This document shows positions 27,355-37,451 of a stretch of DNA of 64,000 nucleotides, in pieces. A program made the translations under genes and the position numbers. The stretch spans positions 800,001 through 864,000 of the forward strand of contig CAWHAZ010000005.1 of the NCBI GenBank assembly GCA_963827475.1. The letters run 5' to 3'. How positions within the stretch are numbered: the first letter of the stretch is position 1; every line of letters starts with the position of its first letter. The notes beneath the pieces are model-generated. The model saw nothing but the letters and a program-made list of their open reading frames with translations, was not told the DNA's origin and did not search any database. The DNA is from an uncultured Chloroflexia bacterium (GTDB lineage: Bacteria > Chloroflexota > Limnocylindria > QHBO01).

Positions 27355-29796
27355 ATGCGTGTCCCGCTCTCGTGGCTCGCCGAGTACGTCGACATCGACC
27401 TGTCCCCGGCGGAACTCGCCGAGCGACTGACCCTGCTCGGGTTCGAGGTCAAGGCCGTCGAGCAGGCCGGCGGGGAGTGGTCCGGCGTGGTCGTCGGCCG
27501 GGTGCTGGCCGTCGACCGCCACCCGAACGCCGACACCCTGTGGCTGACCCGGGTCGACGTCGCGCAGGGGGATCCGCTCGAGATCGTGTGCGGCGCCCAG
27601 AACGTGGCCGCCGGCCAGCTCGTGCCCGTCGCGGTGCCCGGCGCGGTCCTGCCCGGCGGGCGGAAGATCGAGCGGACGAAGATCCGCGGATCGGTGTCGA
27701 ACGGGATGCTGTGCAGCCCGATCGAGCTCGGCCTGGGCGAGGACGCCGACGGGATCCTGATCCTGGGCACGGATGACGAGCATGCCGTGGGTGCCGACCT
27801 GGCGGACGTGCTGGGGGAGACGGTGCTCGACGTCGACGTCAAGCCGAACCGCGGCGACGCGCTGTCCATGGTCGGGATCGCGCGCGAGGTCGCGGCCGTC
27901 ACCGGCGGGACCGTCCGCCTGCCGGAAGCTTCCGTCAACGAGTCCGGGCCGGCTGCCGCGGACGCGGTCAGCGTCGAGATCGTCGATCCCGACCTCTGCC
28001 CGCGGTTCACCGCCCGCCTGCTCGAGGACGTGGGTGCCGCCACCACGCCGGACTGGATGGCCCGTCGCCTGCTGGCGGCCGGCATGCGGCCCATCTCCCC
28101 GGTCGTGGACGTCACGAACTACGTCATGCACGAGCTCGGCCAGCCGATGCATGCCTACGACGCGGACCGCGTGCCGGATGGGCGGATCATCGTCCGTCCC
28201 GCGCGCGCCGGGGAGACGCTGCTCACCCTCGACCACGTGGAGCGCGCGCTGGACGAGCGGATGCTGGTCATCGCCGACCGCGAGCGCCCGATCGGCCTGG
28301 CCGGGATCATGGGCGGCGCCGACACCGAGGTGACCGATGGCACCCGGCGCGTGATCCTCGAGTCCGCGATCTTCCGCGGCCCGACCGTGCGCGGCACGGC
28401 ACGACGCCTCGGCCTCCGGTCGGAGGCCTCGATGCGCCACGAGAAGGGAATCTCGATGGACCTGCCGCGCCGGGCGGCGGATCGCGCTGCGGCACTTATC
28501 GCCGAAATCACCGGAGCCCGGGTCGCGAGCGGCATCGTCGACAACGACCCGGGCCCGCACGCTCCGCGCGTTGTCGAGCTCGACACCGCGCGCGCCGAGC
28601 GGCTGCTGGGCTTCCCGGTCGACGTCACGTCCGCCACCGCGTTGCTCACCCGGCTCGGCTTCGAGGTCGCCGACCGCGGCGAGGGGCGGGTGGCGGTCAC
28701 CGTCCCGCTTCACCGCCAGGACGTGGTCCTCCCCGCCGATGTCGCCGAGGAGCTGGCGCGGGCCCACGGCTACGACCGGGTGCCCAGTCGCCTCCCGTCT
28801 CCCGACCTGCCGCCGAGCCGCTCCGACCCCGGCGCACGCCGGCACGAGCTGCGGCGGGCGCTCGCCGGCCTGGGCCTGACCGAGGTCGTGACCCACGCCC
28901 TGATCGGCCCGTCGGACCTCGCCCGGAGCGGGTTCGACGCCGGCGGACCGCACCTCGTCCGGGTCGCCAACCCACTGTCGGAGGAGCACGCCATCCTGCG
29001 TCCGGTGCCGTACCCATCGGTCCTCGCCGCGCTGGCCGAGAACGTGCGCCAGCGGCAGTTGGACGTCGCGATCTTCGAGGTGGGAAAGACGTACCGATAT
29101 CGGCCCACCGGCACGCCCGGTGAGCTGGCCCAGGCGGATGGAGCCTACCGGGAGACGTGGAACGTGGGGATCGGGTTGCTGGGACATGCGGGCGCCGCAC
29201 GCCCGGGCGAGCCGCCGCGGCCCTGGGACGTGGCCGACCTCAAGGGCATCGTCGATGCGGCCCACGAGGCGATGGGCCTGCCCGCTCCCGGCTACCGCGC
29301 AGAGACGACAGAGGAGCGGCACGCGCACCTGCATCCTGGCCGCGCGGCCCGGATCATCGACGGCTCGGGGCGGTCCTACGGGTCACTCGGGGAGGCGCAT
29401 CCCGCCGTCGCGGAGGCCTGGGGCCTGCCCGGTCGGCCGCTGGTGGCCGCCATCCACCTCGAGCCGGGCGGGATGTTCGACCTCACGCCACGAGGCGATC
29501 GTGCGGTGCCGGTCCCGGCGGCGCAGCCCATCGATCGAGACCTGGCGGTGGTGGTGGACGCCGACACCGCGGTCGGCGAACTGCTCGGTCTCGTCCACCA
29601 GAACGGCGGCCCGTTGCTGGTGGCCGTGAACGTGTTCGACGAGTACCGCGGCGCACAGGTCGGGGAGGGTCGCGTCTCGTACGGGCTGGGACTGCGATTC
29701 CAGCCTGGCTCCGCCGCCGACGAGAAATCGGTGACCCGTGCGATGGACAAGATCGGAGGCGCCCTGCGCCACCATCTGGGGGCAGAGATTCGCTGA
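27355..29796 (+). CDS. pheT: phenylalanyl-tRNA synthetase beta subunit
   Basis: HPNAD.L, IVCGA.N, GM.CS..ELG, PNRGD.LS, VDVTNYV, C-terminal RDLA. Confidence 0.97.
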   Translation: MRVPLSWLAEYVDIDLSPAELAERLTLLGFEVKAVEQAGGEWSGVVVGRVLAVDRHPNADTLWLTRVDVAQGDPLEIVCGAQNVAAGQLVPVAVPGAVLPGGRKIERTKIRGSVSNGMLCSPIELGLGEDADGILILGTDDEHAVGADLADVLGETVLDVDVKPNRGDALSMVGIAREVAAVTGGTVRLPEASVNESGPAAADAVSVEIVDPDLCPRFTARLLEDVGAATTPDWMARRLLAAGMRPISPVVDVTNYVMHELGQPMHAYDADRVPDGRIIVRPARAGETLLTLDHVERALDERMLVIADRERPIGLAGIMGGADTEVTDGTRRVILESAIFRGPTVRGTARRLGLRSEASMRHEKGISMDLPRRAADRAAALIAEITGARVASGIVDNDPGPHAPRVVELDTARAERLLGFPVDVTSATALLTRLGFEVADRGEGRVAVTVPLHRQDVVLPADVAEELARAHGYDRVPSRLPSPDLPPSRSDPGARRHELRRALAGLGLTEVVTHALIGPSDLARSGFDAGGPHLVRVANPLSEEHAILRPVPYPSVLAALAENVRQRQLDVAIFEVGKTYRYRPTGTPGELAQADGAYRETWNVGIGLLGHAGAARPGEPPRPWDVADLKGIVDAAHEAMGLPAPGYRAETTEERHAHLHPGRAARIIDGSGRSYGSLGEAHPAVAEAWGLPGRPLVAAIHLEPGGMFDLTPRGDRAVPVPAAQPIDRDLAVVVDADTAVGELLGLVHQNGGPLLVAVNVFDEYRGAQVGEGRVSYGLGLRFQPGSAADEKSVTRAMDKIGGALRHHLGAEIR

Positions 29797-29840
29797 ACGT
29801 CCCATAGCCACACTGGACAGCGCTGGTACCCTTCCCGGCC

Positions 29841-30404
29841 GTGGAACTCATCTCCCAGTTCACGATCGCGGACCTGGCCATCCTGGTCTCGCTCGCGGGC
29901 GGTGTCCTCGTCGGCTTCCAGCAGGGCCTCCTGCGCTACATCCTCAACTGCGTCGCGGTGCTGGTCGCGTTCATCGTGGCCAGCCTGCTGCGGGACCCCA
30001 TCGCCGACGCGCTCGGCTCGGTCTGGACCATGGGCACGCCGGACCAGCAGGCGCTGTGGATCTACCTCGTCCTGCTCGCCGCAGGCATCATCGGTGGGTT
30101 CATCGTGGTGCGAATGTTCTACCGCCAGACCCGGCTGCCGATCATCCGCCAGCTCGACGAGGTCGGAGGGGCGCTCGTCGGCGTGCTGTGGGTGGCCCTG
30201 ATCTACACCCTCAGCTGGGTCGCCCTCGACACGTTCTTCCTGTCAACCGACGACCCGTCGGTGGCCACCATGCTGGGGCCGATCTACGACATCATGAACG
30301 AGTCGTTCATCCTCAGCTGGTTCCGCGAGTGGCTGCTCCCGATCGTGGGCTTCGTGCTCAGACCGTTCGTCCCCGACGACATCGCGCCGTTCCTGACGTC
30401 CTGA
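29841..30404 (+). CDS. CvpA-family membrane protein
   Basis: D......G..GF..GL, 4 TM helices, LD..GG..G. Usual position between pheT and mutS2. Confidence 0.8.
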   Translation: MELISQFTIADLAILVSLAGGVLVGFQQGLLRYILNCVAVLVAFIVASLLRDPIADALGSVWTMGTPDQQALWIYLVLLAAGIIGGFIVVRMFYRQTRLPIIRQLDEVGGALVGVLWVALIYTLSWVALDTFFLSTDDPSVATMLGPIYDIMNESFILSWFREWLLPIVGFVLRPFVPDDIAPFLTS

Positions 30405-30988
30405 CCGCGCCGGCCGATCGTCGCTGGTTCGATCGCCCCGCGCTCGAGGTCGCGCGCGCCCTGCTGGGCACCGTGGTGGTCCACGACTCCCCGGACGGTC
30501 GCGTGGCGGTCCGCCTGGTCGAGACCGAGGCCTACCTCGGCCCGGAGGACCTGGCCGCGCACTCTGCCCGCGGCCGAACGGCCCGCAACGAGCCGATGTG
30601 GGGCCCACCGGGCCACCTGTACGTGTATCGGATCTATGGAATCCACGACTGCGTAAACGTGGTCTGCGGTCCGGGCAACAAGCCCGAGGCGGTCCTCCTC
30701 CGAGCCGGGGAGGTCGTCGAGGGCGAGGCTGTCGCCCGAGCTCGTCGCGGTCCGCGGGCCGATCGCCGTCGGCTGGCCTCGGGGCCGGGCAACCTGGGCC
30801 GTGCCCTTGGCATCGATCGCGGGTTGAGCGGGACCGATCTGCTCGCCGGCCCGGTCCATCTCCGAGCGGGATCCTCGCCGCACCTCGTCACGACCCGGCC
30901 GAGGGTGGGCGTCGACTACGCAGGCCCATGGGCGGCCCGCCCCTATCGGTTCCTCGTCACCGATGACCCGCACGTCTCGCGCCGCTGA
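30401..30988 (+). CDS. mpg: DNA-3-methyladenine glycosylase (MPG/AAG family)
   Basis: VAR.LLG, LVETEAY.G..D.A.H, YVYRIYG.H.C.N.V, AVLLRA.E, SGPG.L, RVGV. Start is uncertain (CTG 30401). Confidence 0.9.
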   Translation: MTAPADRRWFDRPALEVARALLGTVVVHDSPDGRVAVRLVETEAYLGPEDLAAHSARGRTARNEPMWGPPGHLYVYRIYGIHDCVNVVCGPGNKPEAVLLRAGEVVEGEAVARARRGPRADRRRLASGPGNLGRALGIDRGLSGTDLLAGPVHLRAGSSPHLVTTRPRVGVDYAGPWAARPYRFLVTDDPHVSRR

Positions 30989-33348
30989 TCCCGATCCCTC
31001 CAGCCTCCGCGTGCTGGAGTTCGGGGCGATCACCGAGCGGCTGGCGGCACGCACCGCCTTCGCGCCGTCGCGCGAGCTGGCCGAGGCGGCCCTGCCGGTC
31101 GGCGATCCGGTTCACGTCGGGCTGCTCCAGGACCAGACCGACGAGGCGGTCCGCCTGCTCGAGATGCACCCCGACGCCACCATCGGCGGCGCCCGCGACA
31201 TTCGCGCCCCGCTCAAGCGCGCCCGACGGGGCGGCCGCCTGGCGCCAGCCGAGCTGCTCGAGATCGCCGGCACCGCGCACGCGATCGAGCAATTCGGTCG
31301 GCGGCTGGCGCGATGGACGGGGTCCCAGCTGGGCTCGATCCGGGAGGAGCTCGAGCCCGTGCCCGACCTGCGGGAGCAGATCGAACGCAGCATCGACCCG
31401 ACCGGCGAGATCCTCGACGAGGCCTCGTCCGCGCTGAAGACGGCCCGCCGCCGAGGGCGGGTCGCCCAGGAGCGACTTCGCGAGCGGCTGAACACCATGC
31501 TCCGGTCGTCCGACCTGGCCGGCGCCATCGGTGACGCCATCGTCACCCAACGAAATGGGCGCTACGTGATCCCGATCCGGGCGGAGGCCAAGGGCCGGGT
31601 GCCGGGCATCGTCCATGACCAGAGCGCCTCGGCCGCCACCCTGTTCATCGAGCCGATGGCCGTGGTCGAGCTGAACAACACCTGGATCGAAGCCACGCTC
31701 GAGTCCGCGGCCGAGGAGGAGCGCATCCTCGAGTCCCTCTCGCGGGCGGTGGAGAGCCGGGCCGCGTCGCTGGCCACCTCGCTGGCGGCCCTCGCCCGCG
31801 CCGACCTGTGGATGGCCCGCGCCCATCTCGCGGCCGAGCTCGACGCGGTCCGCCCCGAGGTCAGCGACGACGCACTCGAGCTGCTGTCGGCCCGGCACCC
31901 GCTGCTCGGTGCCGACGCGGTGCCGATCGACCTGCGGCTCGGCGAGCGGTTCGGCTACCGCGCGCTGGTCATCACCGGTCCGAACACCGGCGGCAAGACA
32001 GTGGCGCTGAAGACCATCGGTCTGCTGGCGCTCATGCACCAGGCCGGCCTTCGGGTGCCCGCCGCTGCCGGCGCCCGCCTGCCGGTCTTCGCCCAGGTCT
32101 TTGCCGATATCGGGGATGAGCAGGGCATCGCGCAGTCCCTTTCGACCTTCTCGTCGCACCTGCGCAACGTCGTCCGCTTCCTGGAGGCCGCCGGCCCGCG
32201 GAGCCTGGTGCTGCTCGACGAGATCGGTGCCGGAACCGACCCGACCGAAGGCTCCGCCCTGGCCATGGCCGTCGTCACCGTGCTCCTCGACCGCGGCGCC
32301 CTGGTCGCGGCCACGACCCACTACGCCGAGCTGAAGGCCTTCGCCGAGACCCAGCCGGGGGTGACCAACGCCGCGGTCGAGTTCGACGTCGCCACGCTGC
32401 GCCCGACCTACCACCTGTCGATCGGCCTGCCGGGTGCCTCGCAGGCGTTCGCGATCGCCGAGCGGCTCGGGCTCGCGCCGGAGGTCCTTGCGCTGGCCCG
32501 GGAGCGGATCTCCTCGACCCATGCCTCCCTCGAGGAAACTCTGGCCGCCATCCGACGGACCGAAGCCGAGCGCTCCGAGGCGCTGGCCAGCGCGGCCGAG
32601 GAGCGCGATGACGGCCCGCGTCGAGCGGGACCGGGCGGTCGCCGGGACCGAGCGCGCCCGGCGGGAAGCGGCCCGCATCCTGGCCGAAGCCGGCCGCGTC
32701 GCCGACGCGATCCTGCTGGATGCCGAACGCGACGCGGCCGAGGTCCGCAGGGCGGCTGGCCGCTCTCCGGCGACCGCGACCGTGAAGACCGGGACCGCGA
32801 AGACCGCCGCGTCCAGTCCCCCGCGGCGCACGAAACCAGCCGTCCCACCCGAGCTGGCCGAGATCGCCGAACTCGCCCCGGAACCGGGCCCGCAGCCACG
32901 TGTCGGCCTGTGGGGTCGCAGCCGGACGCTCGGCCAGAGCGGGCGCATCGGCGCCATCAGCGGGCGGACGGGACGGATCACCCTCGAGTCGGACGGGGCC
33001 CGGCTGGTCGTGCCCGGGGCCGACGTGGAGGTCATCGACGAGCCGCATGCCGGCCCACCACCGCGCGACGAGGCGGCCGATGAGCTCCGGCGCCGGGCGG
33101 CGGCGCAGCTCGGGACCTCACTCGACCTGCGTGGAGAGCGGGTCGAGGACGCGCTGGAGCGACTGGCGGGATACCTGGACCAGGCACTGCTGGCCGGCGC
33201 CGATGAAGCGGTGATCATTCACGGCGCCGGCACCGGCGCGCTGCGACGGGCGATCCGCGAGTACCTCGCCGGTCACCCGCGGGTCCGCGGCCAGCGTCGC
33301 GGGCGGCGCGAGGAAGGCGGGGACGGGGCGACCGTCGCCGAGCTCTAA
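30963..33348 (+). CDS. mutS2: MutS2 with C-terminal Smr domain, frameshifted near 32610
   Basis: VHDQSAS.ATLFIEP, ITGPNTGGKT, DIGDEQ.I.QSLSTFSSH, LLDE.GAGTDP.EG. The Smr domain (LDLRG..VE.AL, IIHG.GTG.LR, GGDGAT) is in the +1 frame. Confidence 0.92.
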
Positions 33349-36135
33349 GGGCTGGAGCGAGGTCGGCTCGGGGGTCGGGGTCGGCGGCGGCGTCGGCACG
33401 GGCGTGGCCTCCGGCGTCGGGGTGGCCTCCGGCGTCGGGGTGGAGGTCGGGATCTCGCCCGGGACGCACTCCTCGGTCGGCGCCAGCGGCGCGTCCAGGG
33501 CGCCGAGCGGTCCGCGCGGAATGCTCGCCTCGTTGCCGCGCATGGCGTCGATCCACGCCCGGTTCGACGCTTCCCACACCGCGTTCGGCTCGTCCCAGCC
33601 GACGAGATCGAGGAAGACCGACAGGAGCGGCGCGAGGGGCGGCTCGGGCTCCCCGCTGGGCTGCGGCCCGGTCGGCGGCGCCGGGGTGGCGGGCACGAAG
33701 TCGCCGCAACCCTGCTGCCAGATCCGGCCGGTCGCGGCCTCGATGGCCAGCTCGACGTGCGAGTCATCGGTATCGACGTTCGGCCCGTTGGCCATGAACA
33801 GCTCGGTCATGGTCTGCGTCGTGTGCTCACCGGGGGCCTGGCCGGTGATCCGGTCGATCGAGCGCTCGGTGATCCCGTCGGGTCGCACGAAGTCGCGGAT
33901 GGGCAGGGCATTGAGCGCGGTGACCTCGGCCATGTAGTCGTGCCAGATGAAGGTCGGGCCGTCCGCGGCGAAGACCGAGTCGATCGAGGAGAAGTCGCTG
34001 TTGCCGACCCAGACGCCGGTCATGATCGCGCCCTCGTCGATCTCCGGGTCGGCGTCGGCGGCGAGGAAGCCGAAGGCCTGCAGATCGCGGAAGTCGGTCG
34101 TGGTGCCGGTCTTCAGGGTCGCCGGCCGTCGGCCGGCATCGGTCAGCAGCTGGAAGCGCGGGCCCCACAGCGAGTTCTGGGCCGGATCGGTGTTGTCGGC
34201 CAGGATGTCGGTCGTCAGGTACGCGGCCTGCGCGGAGATGGCCTGCACCGGATCGGGGCCGTCCACCGAGCGCTCGTAGATGACGTTCCCATCCCGGTCG
34301 AGGATCCGTTCGACCAGGTATGGCGCGTTGTAGATGCCCCCGTTGGCCAGCGCCCCGTATGACGCGGCAAGGTCGATCATCCGGACGCCGATCGTGCCGA
34401 GGGTGAGCGAGGCGACGTGGGGATCCTGGTTCGGGTCCCACTCGAGGCCGAGACGCTCGGCCTGGTCCACGACCTGCTCTGTGCCGATCAGCTGCTGGGC
34501 CTTGGTGACCGGGATGTTCAGCGAGTACTTCAGCGCGTCGCGGACCCGAACCGGTCCGCGCTCGCGGTTGTCGGCGTCGTGGACCGCGTAGCCGGGCACG
34601 ATCTCGGTCTCGACGTCCATGAGCATCGTGGCCGGCGTGATCGTTCCGGTCTCGAAGCCGGTGGCATAAGTGATCGGCTTGAAGGCCGAACCTGACTGGC
34701 GGAAGGCCTGGCCCACGACGTCGTACTGCGGCTGGTGGATGGGGGTCACCTCGCCGTAGAAGTTGGCGCTGCCGACGTAGGCCACCACCGCCCCGGTCCG
34801 GTAGTTCAGCGAGACGATGGCGTCGTTGCCGATGTTCCGTCCCTGGAGCTGGTTGATCCAGGCCATCGCACCGGCGCCGTAGCGCGCGGCGAGCTCTTCA
34901 TCGGTCAGGCGGTCCATGTCGTACACCACCTGGGCCCACTTCTCGGCCGACACCTGGTAGCCCTCGTACATGAGGGTCGTCTCGATCGTCAGCCCGCCGC
35001 GGTCGATGATGTCCTCCGAGCCGAGCAGCTCGGCGACCTCCCGCCGCGTGGCGTAGACGAAGTGGGGGGCCAGGTAGCGCGGAACCTCGGGCACGACCAC
35101 GTACACCGGCTCGTCGAGGATCTCGTTGCGCTCCACCTCGGGCAGGTACTCGAGCTCGACCATGTCGTTGAGCACGTCATTGCGGATGAGGACCGGCTGG
35201 GCGTCGGCCGGCACCTCGAGCAGGTTCGCGATCGGCTGGCCCGCGTCGTCGGTGGCCGGGATGGCGTACTGGGTCGGGTCGAGCTCGGAGGGTGCCCGGA
35301 GCAGGCCCGCCAGGAGCGCGGCCTCGGCCGGGGTGACCACGTTCGGGTCGGGCGGCGGCTCCGGTGCGGGGCTCGCGCCCGGGCTGGGGGCCGGGGTCGG
35401 GACCGGCGTGGGTGCGACGCTCGGAGCGGGGCTCGCGTCGGGGTCGGTCGGCGTTTCGGTCACCAGCAGGAAGTCCTTGCCGAAGTACCGATCCACCGCG
35501 GCCCAGATCCCGTACCCGTTGTTGCCGTAGTACATCTCGTTCAGGAAGAACTCCATGATCTGCTCCTTGCCCTCGAGGCCCGGGTAGGCCGCGTCGAGCT
35601 CGAGCGCGAGCATCGCTTCCTTGATCTTCCGCTCCAGCTGGCGGGTGGGATCGGCCATGAGGTCGGGCGGCAGCAGCACGCTGCGGACGAGCTGCTGGCA
35701 GATCGTCGAGGCGCCGGACACCACGTCCCCGGCGGACACGTTCTGGAGGAAGGCACGTACGATGGCCCGCGGGTCCACGCACGGGTTGTCCCAGTACGTG
35801 TGGTCCTCGGCCGCCACGGTGGCGTCGACGATGACGGTTGGAATCTGCTCGTAGTCCACCACGCGTCGGTTCGTCTCGGCGAAGGTGGCCAGCTCCCGCT
35901 CGTCGGCGGAGACGACCATCGAGCCCTCGTCGGGTGCGTACTCCTCGAGCACGGTGACGTCGGGGAGCGAGCTCGCGTACGAGGAGTACAGCAGCACGGC
36001 GGCCAGCACCATCCCGCCCGCCAGCACGCCGAAGACGGCGAAAATCACGGCGGGGAGAGGCTGGATGCGCTTCTGCGAAGCGGCGCCGGCCTGGGCGGGC
36101 GGGTAGCCCGCCGGCGGCGGAGGTGACGAGGTCAC
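33345..36135 (-). CDS. class A penicillin-binding protein (transglycosylase/transpeptidase)
   Basis: TM helix, AAED.., GASTI.QQL, RKIKE, SAFK (SxxK), SLN (SxN), KTGT. Start GTG 36135. As read, the frame runs to 33118 across mutS2; the probable real stop is TAG 33347-33345. Confidence 0.88.
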
Positions 36136-36223
36136 GGCCGCGAACTCTAACAGAGCAACCTCCGGAACGCCCGCGGGCAGGCCGGGCGGGCCGTGCGGTG
36201 AACGGGCCGGGTACCATCGGCCG

Positions 36224-37432
36224 ATGGAACGGGACGCGGCCATCGAGACCGTCCTCAGCCGCCGGGTGGCCCAGGTCGTGGAGGCGGACGCCCTGCGGAC
36301 CATGCTCCGCGGCGACCGGCCGCTGCGCGTGAAGCTCGGGATCGACCCCACCAGCCCGGACCTGCACATCGGTCATGCGGTCGTCCTCGAGCGCATCCGG
36401 GCCTTCCAGGATCTCGGCCACACCGCGGTCCTGGTGGTCGGGGACACGACAGCCCAGATCGGGGACCCATCGGAGAAGAACGCGACCAGACCGATGCTGT
36501 CGCGGGACGAGGTCCGGGCCAACGCCGAGACGTACCTGGCCCAGTTCCACCTCGTCGTCGACGAGTCTCGAACCGAGGTCCGATGGCAGTCGGAGTGGTT
36601 CGACGAGTTCCGGCTCCGCGAGGTCTTCGCGCTCATGAGCCGGTTCACCCTGGCCCGCATGATCGAACGCGACACGTTTGCCAAGCGCCTGGCGGAGGGG
36701 GCGCCGGTGTCGATGCACGAGACGATGTACCCGCTGCTGCAGGCCTATGACTCGGTCGCGGTCGAGGCGGACGTCGAGCTCGGTGGCACCGACCAGACCT
36801 TCAACCTGCTCGTCGGGCGGGACGTGCAGCGCGACTACGGGCAGGCCCCCCAGCAGATCATGACCTCCGAGCTCCTGGTCGGGATCGACGGCGTCCAGAA
36901 GATGAGCAAGTCGCTGGGCAACGCGATCGGCCTGACCGATGCGCCCTACGACATGTACGCCCGGACGTTGAGCATCCCCGATGACCTGCTCCCGAACTGG
37001 GCCGGCCTGGTCACCCGCTGGACCGATGACGAGACGCGCGCCTTCCTCGTCGGCCTCGAGGCCGACCGGATCCACCCCAAGGCGGCGAAGCAACGCGTCG
37101 CCCGCGAGATCGTGTCCCGATGGCATGACGACGACGCGGCCGACGCCGCCGAGGAGCGCTGGGAGCGCGAGGTCGGCGGGGGAGAGGGCATCACGCTGTC
37201 GGACCTGGAGGAAGTTGAGGTGTCCGTGCCGCTGGCCGGTATCAGCCTGCCGGACCTGCTCGTCGTCGCCGGCCTGGCGTCGTCACGGGGTGTCGGCCGC
37301 CGTCTCGTCCGCCAGGGCGGGGTGCGGGTCGATGGCGAGGTGCAGGTCGACGAGAACCGGATGTTCGCGGCGGGGATCATGCACGAGGTGCGGGTCGGCA
37401 AGCGCTCCGCGGCGCGCGTCAACCTGACGTGA
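36224..37432 (+). CDS. tyrS: tyrosyl-tRNA synthetase
   Basis: KLGIDPT..DLHIGH, YPL.Q.YDS, GG.DQ.FN, KMSKS, S4-like tail. Confidence 0.96.
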   Translation: MERDAAIETVLSRRVAQVVEADALRTMLRGDRPLRVKLGIDPTSPDLHIGHAVVLERIRAFQDLGHTAVLVVGDTTAQIGDPSEKNATRPMLSRDEVRANAETYLAQFHLVVDESRTEVRWQSEWFDEFRLREVFALMSRFTLARMIERDTFAKRLAEGAPVSMHETMYPLLQAYDSVAVEADVELGGTDQTFNLLVGRDVQRDYGQAPQQIMTSELLVGIDGVQKMSKSLGNAIGLTDAPYDMYARTLSIPDDLLPNWAGLVTRWTDDETRAFLVGLEADRIHPKAAKQRVAREIVSRWHDDDAADAAEERWEREVGGGEGITLSDLEEVEVSVPLAGISLPDLLVVAGLASSRGVGRRLVRQGGVRVDGEVQVDENRMFAAGIMHEVRVGKRSAARVNLT

Positions 37433-37451
37433 CCCGCCCCGGTCGGCGGCC

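Noticed and set aside
26209-29334. Long antisense ORFs (e.g. 1041 aa opposite pheST, 939 aa opposite xdh, 753 aa opposite mutS2)
   Set aside because: Shadow frames expected from high GC3 codon bias, with no recognisable motifs.
32434-33348. Separate Smr protein or programmed frameshift in mutS2
   Set aside because: No slippery heptamer, and it shows the same +1 indel pattern as three other genes, so a sequencing error is more parsimonious.
33118-33348. Genuine 230-nt antisense overlap of the PBP tail with mutS2
   Set aside because: A TAG one base out of frame at 33347-33345 abuts the mutS2 stop right after the Pro/Thr tail, so an indel is more likely.
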